A stretch of 64,000 nucleotides of DNA. Source: Candidatus Marinacidobacterales bacterium (GTDB taxonomy: Bacteria; Acidobacteriota; Vicinamibacteria; Marinacidobacterales; SMYC01). The notes beneath the pieces are model-generated. The model was not told the origin of the DNA. It was given only the letters and a program-made list of their open reading frames with translations, and did not search any database. Positions 42,071-53,045 of this stretch are shown here, in pieces; position 1 is the stretch's first letter, and each line of letters begins with the position of its first letter. The DNA lies in NCBI GenBank assembly GCA_965237955.1, contig OZ250169.1, positions 2,176,001 through 2,240,000 of the forward strand, given 5' to 3'. A program made the translations under genes and the position numbers.

Positions 42071-42508
42071 CTAGACGTTCTCGCGGCGGAACTTGAAAAA
42101 ATCTTTTAATATTTTCTTACAATCCTGTTCTAAAACTCCCGAGCTGATCGCGAGCCGATGAGGAATCCTGATCTCATTCAAATCGAACAACGATTCCACG
42201 GCGCCGAACTTCGGCTCCGGCGCTCCATAGACCAAACTTCCGACGCGCGCTTGAACGATCGCACCTACACACATCATACAAGGCTCGACGGTCACGTAGA
42301 GCGTCAAGGCTTGAAGCCGGTAGTTCCCGATCTCGCGCGCCGCCTTGCGCATGGCGACGATTTCTGCGTGCCCCGTCGGATCCGCAGCGTGGATCGGCTG
42401 GTTGAAGCCGGACGCAATGACCTCCTGGTCGTGCGCCAACACTGCTCCGATCGGAACCTCACCCAAGTGAAGCGCATGGCGCGCTTCCTCGAGGGCGAGT
42501 CGCATCAT
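42071..42508 (-). CDS. tadA: tRNA adenosine(34) deaminase
   Basis: GEVPIGA, HAE, EPCMMC. Confidence 0.95.
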   Translation of the reverse strand: MMRLALEEARHALHLGEVPIGAVLAHDQEVIASGFNQPIHAADPTGHAEIVAMRKAAREIGNYRLQALTLYVTVEPCMMCVGAIVQARVGSLVYGAPEPKFGAVESLFDLNEIRIPHRLAISSGVLEQDCKKILKDFFKFRRENV

Positions 42509-42646
42509 TCGCTGCTGCGTCCCGATAGCCGCTCACCTCGCTCGAATTCGAGAATACTCGACTCGGGGAATTCCCGCAAGGGCCGGGCCGCGCCTCCCTA
42601 CAAGATGACAAGATGACGGACCCGCGACGAGGCTTTCGAGGGCTGG

Positions 42647-43390
42647 GTGGACGGGCTTCGCCGGCGGCATACGAAAGCGCTCACGTTCCCGGAGATCCGC
42701 ACAGGCGTGGTGGCGCTGTCGCGAATCTACGTGGAGGAGCGTAACCGTATCGGCGGCAACGTCTTCGCTGGAGCCGGCAAGCGCGCCGCTTTCGCGTGCT
42801 TTTATTCGCCGCTCCACTATTTGCTCGTCCACCACATCGTCACTGCACTCGACGCGCATGAGCCGCCGCCGAGCCGGATCGTGGATCTCGGATGTGGGCT
42901 CTTGCCAGCCGGCGCCGTGTGGGCTCGGGCGGCAGGCGGCCGGGCCGAAATCGTCGGCGTGGACCAATCCGCCTGGGCGGTCGCCGAAGCCAGGGCGAGC
43001 CTCGGTGCTCTGGATCTGAACGCCCGCATCCTCAAAAAGCGGATCGCTGAGGCACCGATGCCGAAGCCCGGCGAGGCGCTCGTGGCGGCGTTCGCGGTCA
43101 ACGAGCTCTCCGATGATGATGATGCGCGGAAAAAGCTGCTCGAGCGGCTCGTGAGCTCCACCCGGCGGGGCGCCACCGTCCTGATCGTCGAGGCGATTGC
43201 CCGACGTGCGGCCAGGTGGTGGGATGAGTGGAGCGAGGTTCTCGCCACCGAGGGCGCCGAGAGAGGACGTTCCGACGAATGGCGGTTCTCGGTCGAGCTT
43301 CCGTCGTTCGTTTCCGAGCTCGACCGTGCCTCGGGCCTAAACCATCGTGAGCTTTCCGTGCGCTCGCTATTTGTCCGTGGTTTTTCTTGA
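42647..43390 (+). CDS. class I SAM-dependent methyltransferase-like protein
   Basis: VDLGCG motif I; start uncertain. Confidence 0.65.
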   Translation: MDGLRRRHTKALTFPEIRTGVVALSRIYVEERNRIGGNVFAGAGKRAAFACFYSPLHYLLVHHIVTALDAHEPPPSRIVDLGCGLLPAGAVWARAAGGRAEIVGVDQSAWAVAEARASLGALDLNARILKKRIAEAPMPKPGEALVAAFAVNELSDDDDARKKLLERLVSSTRRGATVLIVEAIARRAARWWDEWSEVLATEGAERGRSDEWRFSVELPSFVSELDRASGLNHRELSVRSLFVRGFS

Positions 43391-43447
43391 TGCTGAATAG
43401 CGCACTCCATACGATTCGGACAGGAGAGGCGCTAAGATCAGTGCTCC

Positions 43448-44191
43448 ATGGCCAAGAAAGCACCCTCGGGAGCGCAGGCCGTCCTTCGGGCGATCGCACT
43501 TCTGAAAGCATTCACGCTCGAAAAGCCCGAGAGAGACGTCTCCGGTCTCGCGGAGCAAACGGGGCTATCTCGCGGTACGGTCCATCGACTTTTGGCGGCG
43601 CTCGAGAGTGAAGGCCTTCTAGTGCGGCGTGACAACGGTCTCTACCGGCTCGGGCCGACAGCTGCGGCGCTCGGTGTTCGTGCACTACGCTCGAGCACGC
43701 TGCGCGAGAACGCACACCCCGAGCTCGAACGGTTGGCCGAACAAACCGGAGAGACCGCGACACTCGAAGTTCTCTCCGAAGGGAAGATGCTCAGTCTCGA
43801 CGAAGTGCTCGGCGCTCGATTGACCGGAGCGTCGCCTTCACTCGGGACCGCGTGGGCACTGCATGCGACGTCGACGGGGAAGGCGATTCTTGCCGCTGTT
43901 CCGACAGAGCGCGTGGCCGAGCTCTTGCCGCGCTCGCTGGACCGCTTTACCGGGAAAACGATCACCGACCGCGCTCGCCTCGACGAAGCGCTCGACGAAG
44001 CGCGCGAGGAGCTCGAAGAAGGTTACTCCGCTGCCGGCGCAGTGATCCGTACGCCGATGCTGGAGCCGTACGCGGCGCTCAGCCACGGAGGTCCCAGCGC
44101 GCGTTTGCATCCCGACGTTTTGGAAGAGCTCGGGGCTCGGGTCAAATCCTGTGCGGACGCCGTCTCGGCCCGTCTAGGGTACGAGGGCTAG
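43448..44191 (+). CDS. IclR family regulator (small internal deletion likely)
   Basis: N-terminal HTH, LHATSTGKAIL; RGYA segment absent before EELEEG. Confidence 0.85.
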   Translation: MAKKAPSGAQAVLRAIALLKAFTLEKPERDVSGLAEQTGLSRGTVHRLLAALESEGLLVRRDNGLYRLGPTAAALGVRALRSSTLRENAHPELERLAEQTGETATLEVLSEGKMLSLDEVLGARLTGASPSLGTAWALHATSTGKAILAAVPTERVAELLPRSLDRFTGKTITDRARLDEALDEAREELEEGYSAAGAVIRTPMLEPYAALSHGGPSARLHPDVLEELGARVKSCADAVSARLGYEG

Positions 44192-44466
44192 CCCCAGGAC
44201 TCGAGCCGCTTTTTGAGCTCGCCGGGGCGCCTCCGAAGAGCACCGGTGTTCCCGGGCGAATACGCTCGGCGATGGCGATACCGCTCACGACCTCGGCGGT
44301 GTGCAGCACGAGCGCCCCCACGGTCGTCGCCGGGGAAATCATTCCGAGAAGGCTCGAATGCTTCGTCGTGCTCGTCGAGCACGCCAGTGTCCTCGAGAAC
44401 CGACAGAGCCTCGTCGATAATCCGCTCCACCAAGGAGTGTTCGAGGATCTCCATGCGTGCCCTCAT
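44188..44466 (-). pseudogene. trimethylamine methyltransferase (MttB family) remnant
   Basis: N-terminus VERIIDEALSVLEDTGV joined out of frame to SPATTVGALVLHTAEVVSGI...PGTPVLFGG. Confidence 0.7.
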
Positions 44467-45496
44467 GGCACGCTTTTCTTCCGCGCGGGGTCGAAGAAGG
44501 GGAGCGGCACGACCTTGCACGCTGCGCGGCGGCGTACGTATTCGACGGTGAACTCGACGTCGAGCGCTGTCCCCGGCGCTTCATAGCCGCGGTCGACGGT
44601 AGCGAGGACAAGAAACTTCTTGAGCAGTACTGACCACCCACTGGTCGTCGCCTTCCCGATTTGACGGCCACCGGCGTACACTGGAATGCCGACGCGCGAG
44701 ACTTCGTTCGGAATCTCGGGTGCAAGACCTTCGAGCTCGTAGAGCCGCTCGATCTCGCGAAAGGACACTTCGAGCCCGACGAAAAAACGCGCCGGGCCAC
44801 GCTTGTTTTCCTCGGCGAGAGCGCGCTTGCCGACGAAGCAGGGCTTTTTGAGATGAACCGCCCAGCCCAGGTTGAGCTCGTACGGCGTCGACTTCTGGTC
44901 TTCGATCAACGTCTTCTCGACATTCCAGAAATCTACGTCGATGAGAGGAAAGCCCGCTTCGAGGCGGGTGCGGTCGAGTGCGAGCAGACCCGCGGGCTCG
45001 ATGCCGTAATCTTCGCCCGCGTCGAAAAGCACATCCCAAAGTTTCTCGGCGGCATCGCTCTCGACCCAGAGTTCGTAACCGAGATCGCCGGTGTAGCCCG
45101 TCCGGGTTACGATCGCCGGGACGCCTCCGAGCTCGGTGCGCACAAGGCGGAAAGACCCGAGGCTTTTGAGGTCTTCACTTGAAATCCGTTGCAGGATGTC
45201 GCGTGAGCGAGGTACTTGAAGCGCGAGCGCACCGTAGTTTTCCGAGACTTCTTCGATGTCGACGTCCATGCCTTTCGCATTCAAACGAAACCAGGAAAGC
45301 GCGGGCTCGGCCGCGGTCGCCCGGAAGACATTCTCTTCGAGTCGCTGGAAGCATCCGTCCTGGAGAATCTTGCCGTCCTCATCGCACCAGGCGGTGTAGA
45401 GCACCTGGCCGACCTCGCATCGGCGCGCATTGCGTGTGATCACGCGGTCGACGAGACGGAGGGCATCCGGCCCCTCGAGGTCGTACTTATATAAAG

Positions 45497-46880
45497 GGGT
45501 CTACGCGGAAATCTGTGGGCGAATGCTGACGGAGAAATAGTGTAACTCATTGTGTGGAAAAGGTATTCAGCACTTCATCAGGTGCTGAGAAGTGATCCGT
45601 TTTTCGGATAGGCTAACCGAGTGAAAAATCCCCAGTCGATCCGCTCGCTTTTTGCGCTACCAGGTTTCGTGGCTGGCGCCCGATTGAACGGTGTATTCGG
45701 TGACCGATACGCCCGCGTCATCCAGCTCAAGAGGCGAAAAAAACAGCCGTGTGCTCGTACTGTGGGCATCGGTGCCGGGGGCGCTATGACAAGCAAGTGT
45801 GCCGGGTCCGCGACCTGTCGTTGGCAGGCTGGCGGATCTATCTGGAATACGAGCGTTGGCGCGTCAACTGTCGTGGGTGCGGTGGTGTGCATGTAGAACA
45901 CTTGGACTGGCTGGCGAACAACCCGCGCTACACCCAGCGCTTTGCGACGCATGTGGGCAAGCTGTGCCGGGATATGCCGAACAAGGCGGTGGCCGAGATG
46001 GAACGTCTGCACCACACTACGGTGAAGGACCTGGATAAGCTCTACATGCAAGAGCAAGTCGAGCGGGCGGGGCTGCCGGCGCCTCGGGCCATCGGTATCG
46101 ATGAGATCTCCATCCGCAAGGGACATAACTATCGTGTCATTGTCAGCGACCTGGAGCGGGCGCGTCCCATCTGGGTGGGCGGTGAGGGTCGCAAAGAAAC
46201 CGACATCGATTTGTTCTTCAAGGCGCTGGGCGGGAAGAAAAGCGCCCGTATCAAGCTGGCCGCCATGGATATGTGGAAGCCCTTCCGGAACTCGGTGATT
46301 AACAACGCACCCAATGCGCGGATCATCTTCGACAAGTTTCATATCATGCGTCACCTGTCAAAGGCTCTCGATGAGGTCCGGCGCCGTGAGTACAAACGCC
46401 TCAGCGGCGAGGACCGGTCGTATATCAAGGGGCAGCGTTACACGTTGCTTTCCCGGCGGGAGAACCTGAGCCTGGACGGTCGCCGCGCACTCAAGAAGTT
46501 GCTCCAGGCCAACCGGCGCCTGAACACCGCCTATGTTTTGAAGGAGGCCTTCGGGCAACTCTGGGATTACCGCACCGAACGCGGGGCTCGCGCCTTTTTC
46601 ACACGTTGGAAAGACAGCCTCAAATGGCAGCGCCTGCATCCCTACCAGAAGTTCGCCGGAATGATTGAGTCCCATTGGGATGGTATCGCCTCCTACTGTC
46701 ATCCTGAGAACAAAGTCAGTCTCGGACTGGTTGAAGGGGTCAACAACAAAATCCGTGTTCTGCAACGACGCGCCTACGGCTATCGTGACGAGGGATATCT
46801 CAAGCTGAAGATCGTGGCGGCATTCCTTCCGCCATTACCCAGAAATGCCGTTTTCAACCCACACGAACCCGCGTAGACCC
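45497..46880 (+). mobile_element. ISL3-family insertion sequence
   Basis: GGGTCTACGCGG...CCGCGTAGACCC inverted repeats; 8-bp TSD ATATAAAG at 45489-45496 and 46881-46888. Confidence 0.95.
45621..46876 (+). CDS. ISL3 transposase (two frames joined by a -1 shift at an A7 run)
   Basis: Zinc finger, IGIDE, AMDMWKPF, FDKFH, EGVNNKI, AYGYRD; GAAAAAAAC at 45736-45744. Confidence 0.9.
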
Positions 46881-47104
46881 ATATAAAGGGGAGACATCGA
46901 TGACCCCGGCGCCGTTTCGGATGGGGTGGTACTCGGGATCGTGGGAATCGTCGTAGGCGTCGGGCGCGTAGTAGCCGGACCACTGCTTCCAGCGATAGCT
47001 CGTGCATAGGGGCGCGGTTTTCGTGTGGAACGGCGTCCCAATTGCCATGGTTTTAAGTGTACTTGGGCTGTTGTCCACATTGTATGCGATACCATATTGT
47101 GGAC

Positions 47105-48679
47105 ATGTCCCAATACGACGCCATCGTCATCGGGGCAGGCCACAACGGCCTCGTGACCGCAGCCTATCTAGCCCGTGCGGGTAGGCGCGTCATCGTTTTG
47201 GAGAAGCGAGACCTGGTTGGCGGCGCGACCGTCACCGAGGAAGTCGTTCCTGGATTCAAGTTTTCCGTCTTTTCTTACGTGGTCAGCTTGCTCCGCCCGG
47301 AGATCATCGAAGAGCTCGAGCTTCCGAAACACGGGCTGCAGCTCCTCGCGCTCGACGGCACGTTCACACCGCTTCCTGACGGGAGATATCTGGCGAGATG
47401 GCATGACGGCGAGCGCACGCGGCAAGAGCTCCGGCGATTCTCGAAAAACGACGCCGACAACTACGACCGGTTCGGCTTGCACATGCACCACATGTCGCGC
47501 GCGGTGCGAGAGCTCTTGATGATGCGCCCGCCGGAGCCTAGCTCATTGCGACCCTCGGACCTCGTCGGATTCATTCAGCTCGCGCGTCACGTCAAGGGGC
47601 TCGGGAACCGCCGGTTCTACGATCTCGTACGACTGATGACGGCAAGCGCCGCGGATTACCTCGATCGCTGGTTCGAGTGCGATCCGCTGAAGGCGACGAT
47701 GTCGGCCAGCGGGATCATCGGAACGTTTCTGAGCCCGCGCTCCCCGGGCTCGGCCTACGTGCTGCTACATCATTATATGGGGGAGATTGACGGCGTCTCG
47801 CGCTCGTGGGGATTCGCGAAGGGCGGGATGGGCGCCGTCGCCGAGGCGCTCGCTTCGACCGCGCGAGGCTTCGGTGCGGAGATTCGTACCGGCGCGGGCA
47901 TCGAGCGCGTCCTCACCAAAAACGGGCGCGCTATTGGAGTCGCGCTCGAAAGCGGCGAGGAGATCGAAGCCTACCAGATCGCGTCGAGCCTCGACCCGAA
48001 GCGCACGTTTTTGAAGCTCATCGAAGAATCGGATCTCCCGACGGAGTTCGTCACCGATGTGAAGCGCTTCAAGATTCGGGGCTCGTCCGGCAAAGTGAAC
48101 CTCGCTCTCGACGAGCTCCCGAGCTTCACTTGTCTTCCGGGTGACGGGCCGCATCTGCGCGGATCGATCTCGATTAGCCCCAGCATGGACTACCTCGAGC
48201 GCGCGTACGACGAAGCGAAGTACGGTAGTTTCTCGAGCCGCCCCTACATGGACATCCTCATCCCATCGACGATCGATCCATCCATGGCGCCCCTGGGAAA
48301 ACACGTGATGTCCATCTTCGTGCAATACGCCCCGTACCAGTTGAAGGACACGACGTGGGAAGACCAGCGTGACGCGTTCGGTGACGCCGTCGTCGACACG
48401 CTCTCGGAGTACGCGCCGAATCTGAAAAACGCTATCGTCGGGCGTCAGGTCGTCTCGCCGTGGGACATGGAGAAAAAGATCGGCCTGACCGAAGGCAACA
48501 TCTTTCACGGAGAGCTCACGCTCGACCAGTTGTTTTTCTTGAGGCCGGTGGCAGGCTGGGCGCAGTTCAAAACACCACTCGACAATCTTTATCTGTGTGG
48601 CTCCGGCGCGCATCCCGGCGGCGGCGTCATGGGTGCACCCGGGAAGCTTGCCGCTCTCGAGATGTTGAAAGTGTCATGA
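47105..48679 (+). CDS. phytoene desaturase-like FAD-dependent oxidoreductase
   Basis: IGAGHNGL, GGMGAV, GNIFHGE, GSGAHPGGGV. Confidence 0.9.
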   Translation: MSQYDAIVIGAGHNGLVTAAYLARAGRRVIVLEKRDLVGGATVTEEVVPGFKFSVFSYVVSLLRPEIIEELELPKHGLQLLALDGTFTPLPDGRYLARWHDGERTRQELRRFSKNDADNYDRFGLHMHHMSRAVRELLMMRPPEPSSLRPSDLVGFIQLARHVKGLGNRRFYDLVRLMTASAADYLDRWFECDPLKATMSASGIIGTFLSPRSPGSAYVLLHHYMGEIDGVSRSWGFAKGGMGAVAEALASTARGFGAEIRTGAGIERVLTKNGRAIGVALESGEEIEAYQIASSLDPKRTFLKLIEESDLPTEFVTDVKRFKIRGSSGKVNLALDELPSFTCLPGDGPHLRGSISISPSMDYLERAYDEAKYGSFSSRPYMDILIPSTIDPSMAPLGKHVMSIFVQYAPYQLKDTTWEDQRDAFGDAVVDTLSEYAPNLKNAIVGRQVVSPWDMEKKIGLTEGNIFHGELTLDQLFFLRPVAGWAQFKTPLDNLYLCGSGAHPGGGVMGAPGKLAALEMLKVS

Positions 48680-50131
48680 CGGACGTAGTTGTTATTGGGG
48701 CCGGTCACAACGGGTTGACGGCTGCGGCTTATCTTGCGCGGGCCGGCAAAGACGTCGTGGTGGTGGAAAAGCGCGATACGGTCGGCGGTCTCGCGGGTAC
48801 GTACGAGCTCGCACCCGGCTTTCGCGCATCGGTGGGGCCCGATCTGGCCGGTCTTTTGTCGTCCGCGGTCATCGCGGACCTCGAACTGAAACGACACGGC
48901 CTCGAGCTCTTTCCCCTTGACCCGATCGTGTCCACGCCCGAGGGACTCACCTTGTGGCGAGATCTTGGGAAGTCTGTCGAGCAATCCGAAAGCACTCATC
49001 GAAAGACGCTGACGCGTATCCACGGTTCGTTGCCCTCGTCGAAACGCTCGCGGGATTTCTGAGGCCGCTTTTGACGAAACCCGCACCCACGCCGGATATT
49101 CAAAGTGGTTCGGATCTGCTCGAGCTCGCGCGTCTCGGTTGGGGATTCAAGCGACTCGGAACCCGCTCGATGCACGAGCTCCTGCGGATCCTGCCGATGT
49201 CGTTGTCGGATTTTCTCGACGAGTGGTTCGAAGACGATTTGCTGAAAGGGGCTCTCGCCGGGCCCGGGCTCGAAGGTGTTTGCCTCGGGCCCAGGTCGAC
49301 GGGAACCGCCGCCCTGTTCCTGTATCAGAGACTCGGGGACAACCCCGCACTCGCGAGAAACTTGACGAGCTCGCTCGAGGCGGCGGTCCGAAGCGAAGGC
49401 GGCGTCATTCGCACCAGCGACGGCGTTGCCACGATTCTCGTCGGCGACGGGCACGTCCGGGGCGTCGTCCTCGAAAGCGGTAAAACCATCGACGCGTCCA
49501 CGGTGCTATCGAGTGTCTCCCCGCGGCGTACGTTCCTCGAGCTCACGGACCCGACGTGGCTCGAGCCGAATTTCGTTTCCGAGATCAAAAACATCCGCTA
49601 CCGCGGCGTCACCGCCAAGCTCGATTTAGCGCTCGAGAAGCTCCCCGTGGTGGAGTCGTCCACGTCGGACTCTCCCTCGACTTTTTGGAACGAGCCTACG
49701 ACGCCGCCAAGTACGGGCACGCCTCCGAGGAGCCTTTTCTGAGGGCGGTGATCCCGAGCCTCGTCGACCCTAGCCTCGCGCCCGCGGGGAAGCACGTGAT
49801 GAGTGTACTCGTCCAATACGTACCGTACGGCACGACGATCGCACCGGAGAAGGTAATCGACGCGCTCGAGCTCGACGGTTCGGTTCTTCAATACAAGCTC
49901 TGGACGCCATCCGACTACGAGCGCGAGCTTGGCCTTCCGGACGGAAGCCTTCACCACGGCGAGATGGCCTTGGATCAGATGTTCTTCATGCGACCCGTTC
50001 CTGGATGGGCGCACTATCGAACACCCATCGCCGGCCTCTATTTCGGGGGCGCCGGCGCGCACCCAGGGGGCAGCATCACGGGCGCTCCGGGCCGAAACGC
50101 GGCTTCCGAACTTCTGAGCCGCCGCGGTTGA
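48676..50131 (+). pseudogene. second phytoene desaturase-like oxidoreductase with two frameshifts
   Basis: Homology runs across three ORF pieces (shifts near 48985 and 49650); IGAGHNGL to GAGAHPGG. Confidence 0.8.
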
Positions 50132-50179
50132 CTTCCGAGGGCCGCGGCTCTTAGAGTCGATACCCCCTGAGGTCACAAT

Positions 50180-51247
50180 ATGGTGCGGTTCGCTTCTTTC
50201 GTCGGCGGTATTCTCGCTGCAGCTCCCGCGAGCGCGGACTGGGTGATTTTCACCGATGGCCAACGGACCCAAGTCCAAGCGGTCGAGATCGCCGAGCGCG
50301 CCGTCCACATCACGACCCGGGCCGGTAAACGTTGGTCCGTGCTGCGGGACAGTGTGGACGTCGCGGCCACGCTCGCCGCCAACGAGACTCAGGCGCCCCT
50401 CGAAGTCGTGACCATCCCAGAGGCTCCGCCTGTCGCCGCGCCGCCCGAGACACCACCGGCGCGTCCACCGCTACCTCCGCCGCGGCCACAACACACCATC
50501 GTCGAGCGCGAGCTCACGCCGTTGCCCTCGGCGGACACTGACACTGACATTATCCAGCCGCGCGAGCCCTCGCCGCGCCACTATCGGCTCGCGATCACGA
50601 TCAACGGAGTCCAGGGGACGGATACGCTATCGTTCGCCGACACGAACCAGTTCGAGCTCTTCAAAGAACCGGCCCAAATCGAGAACGTGTACAGCGACCC
50701 ACGCTCCGGAGGCTACGAGATCGGCGCTCAGTTTCGTATCGTGGGTCCTCTTGCCGTCGGTGCGACGGTACAGCGTTTCGCAAACGATCGCGAAGCGTCC
50801 TACACCGCTTCGCTTCCACACCCGTTTTTCTTCGACCGTTTTCGCGAGCTGTCCGGCACCGCGTCGGGCCTGACCCACGACGAAACCGCGGTTCACCTCG
50901 ACGCGGTGTTCACGAAAACGTGGGGCCCGTTGACGCTCGACGCCTTCGGCGGACCCTCCTGGTTTCAAACGAAGACCGAGGTCCTGATCGATGTTCTCTA
51001 CGAAGAAGCGTTTCCGTACGACGAGGTCTTGTTCCAAGGCGTCGAGGGTCGCGTGCTCGAAAGCCAGCCGATGGGCTTCAACGTCGGCGTGAGCGCCACG
51101 TTCCGTATTGCGAGCATCTTCGGAGTGGACTTCGGAGTTCGCTACAGCGAGGCGCGCTCGAAGCTCTTCGTCGAGGAGGGTCGGGAGATCGAGCTCGACG
51201 CAGGAGGATTGAGCGTGGGCGCGGGACTACGATTCTTGTTTCCATGA
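50180..51247 (+). CDS. secreted protein with Pro-rich linker and probable outer-membrane beta-barrel
   Basis: Signal peptide, PPARPPLPPP linker, alternating beta strands, C-terminal GLRFLFP. Confidence 0.65.
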   Translation: MVRFASFVGGILAAAPASADWVIFTDGQRTQVQAVEIAERAVHITTRAGKRWSVLRDSVDVAATLAANETQAPLEVVTIPEAPPVAAPPETPPARPPLPPPRPQHTIVERELTPLPSADTDTDIIQPREPSPRHYRLAITINGVQGTDTLSFADTNQFELFKEPAQIENVYSDPRSGGYEIGAQFRIVGPLAVGATVQRFANDREASYTASLPHPFFFDRFRELSGTASGLTHDETAVHLDAVFTKTWGPLTLDAFGGPSWFQTKTEVLIDVLYEEAFPYDEVLFQGVEGRVLESQPMGFNVGVSATFRIASIFGVDFGVRYSEARSKLFVEEGREIELDAGGLSVGAGLRFLFP

Positions 51248-52722
51248 CACGCCTCTTGGTGATTTTCCTTACTTTGGGATCACCGGTGTTCGCCGACGGG
51301 CCGTTCCGGTTTACCAACGTGACGGCGTCGGCACGGTTCTTCTCGCTTCGGAATCACGGTGGCCATGGTGTGCAGTGGCCGGACGCGACTGGTGACGGCC
51401 GAGCCGATGTCTACATCACTAACATCTTCGCTCCCAACGAAGACCGGCCTGACTTGTTCTTCGTCAATCAAGGAGGCGGCGCGTTTCGCGAGCGGGGCTC
51501 CCACGCCGGAATCGCCGACGATGGTTTTTTCGGCAAGCTCAGCGAGGAATCCCACGCCGCGGTCTTCGCCGACCTCGATAGCGACGGTGACTACGACTTG
51601 TTCAACGCCCACACCTGGACGGGAAACCACAAGCTCTACCGGAACGACGGGGCGGGCAACTACCGTGATGTCACCGCCGTCAGTGGGATCGAGATCGATA
51701 ACCGTGAGTCGCGCGGCGTCGCGGCCGGTGACATCAATGGGGACGGCATACTCGACCTCGTCGTCAGCGCTTGGGAGAACGCGCCTCTGCAGCTCTACAT
51801 CGGAGAGGGCGATCTGCGATACCACCGCGGCACACAGTTCGGGCGTCGGGCGGCGAAGCTCGCCGTTCAGGGGATCATGCTCGTCGACTACGACGGGGAC
51901 AACGATCTCGATCTCGCGCTCACCGGACACATGCCGATACAGGATCCTCTTGGGCCGCTCGCCATGTATCGCAACGACGGCCGGGGGAACTTCGTCGACG
52001 TCACCGACGAGCTCGGTATTCGCTTCGGCGACGTCGCCATCAACGGTTGGTCCTTCGGTGATCTCGATGGCGACGACGATCTCGACGCCATCGTGGTTTC
52101 CAAACATCGATCGCGGGTGTACCTGAACGTCGGGGGCGGGCGCTTTCGATTTCAGCAGGAGATTCCACGAGGCAACTACACGGCAGCGCTCGCGGATTTC
52201 GATCACGACGGCGATTTGTATTTTTACATCGGTGGCACCGAAGCTATCTTTGCGAACGACGGCGCCGGTGGCTTCACCGCCCATCAGAGCGTCGGACTCG
52301 TGGGAATCGGCAACGACGGGCGCGGTACCGCGGTCGCGGATTTCGACGGCGACGGCGATTTGGATATCGCGATCGCGAGCAAGCGCGGCCCCAACACGTT
52401 GTTCCGAAACGATCGCAACGACTCGAACTGGCTTCGCGTCCGCCTCGTCGGCCCCAGGGGCCAAGTCGGAGCCTTCGGCACCAAGGTTTACGTCTACGAC
52501 TCGCGCCACGTCGACGATCCCGCACACCTCCGAGGCTATCGCGAAGCGCGAGGAGCGACCGGCTATTGCTCCCAGAACGAGCCCATCCTCCACTTCGGCG
52601 TGGAGGGAGGGCAAGCCTACGAAGTGAAGGCTGTGTTCCCGGACGGGACGTTCTTCATCGCGAAGGGCGTCGAGGCACCCGCGCTCGTCGTCATCGACCC
52701 GACCGCGCCTCTTGCACCGTAA
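51244..52722 (+). CDS. CRTAC1/FG-GAP repeat protein with ASPIC/UnbV-like domain
   Basis: Repeated DxDGDGDLD motifs, LYRNDG, WLRVRLVG, LHFG. Confidence 0.88.
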   Translation: MTRLLVIFLTLGSPVFADGPFRFTNVTASARFFSLRNHGGHGVQWPDATGDGRADVYITNIFAPNEDRPDLFFVNQGGGAFRERGSHAGIADDGFFGKLSEESHAAVFADLDSDGDYDLFNAHTWTGNHKLYRNDGAGNYRDVTAVSGIEIDNRESRGVAAGDINGDGILDLVVSAWENAPLQLYIGEGDLRYHRGTQFGRRAAKLAVQGIMLVDYDGDNDLDLALTGHMPIQDPLGPLAMYRNDGRGNFVDVTDELGIRFGDVAINGWSFGDLDGDDDLDAIVVSKHRSRVYLNVGGGRFRFQQEIPRGNYTAALADFDHDGDLYFYIGGTEAIFANDGAGGFTAHQSVGLVGIGNDGRGTAVADFDGDGDLDIAIASKRGPNTLFRNDRNDSNWLRVRLVGPRGQVGAFGTKVYVYDSRHVDDPAHLRGYREARGATGYCSQNEPILHFGVEGGQAYEVKAVFPDGTFFIAKGVEAPALVVIDPTAPLAP

Positions 52723-53045
52723 ACTGTTGACAACGCGATCGCGTTGGTGCAAAACTGAAGAATCCCAACATGGTGCCTAACCGCCTCGACCTGAGGCGCG
52801 TCGCGGGTTTAGCCGAGGCGTCTCTATTGGTCGTGCTGCTAACCTTCGGCTATACCTTTGCCTACGCCGCAAGTGCTCCCGTGGAGCAAGCAACTGAGAT
52901 CATCCACCAATCCCTACGCTGCTGGCCGGCGGAAGAGTACGTCGTCGTGAGCATGGATGTGCGACCCGCGGGCGACGTTCAGAAGAACCTCGTCTATTTC
53001 CGCTGGGACCGTCACGCGGCGTGGCACTTCGTCCCCATGATTCTG

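Larger units (their letters stand above)
44463..47048 (-). pseudogene. GcvT-like aminomethyltransferase interrupted by ISL3
   Basis: MAIGTPFH...IDVSPLY | KYDLEGPDA...RTGYTGDLGYELW...PFFDP, split at the duplicated target. Confidence 0.92.

Noticed and set aside
51280-52752. Long antisense ORFs (also 8936-9937, 13032-14111, 39624-40667)
   Set aside because: Shadow frames typical of high-GC coding DNA; no recognisable motifs
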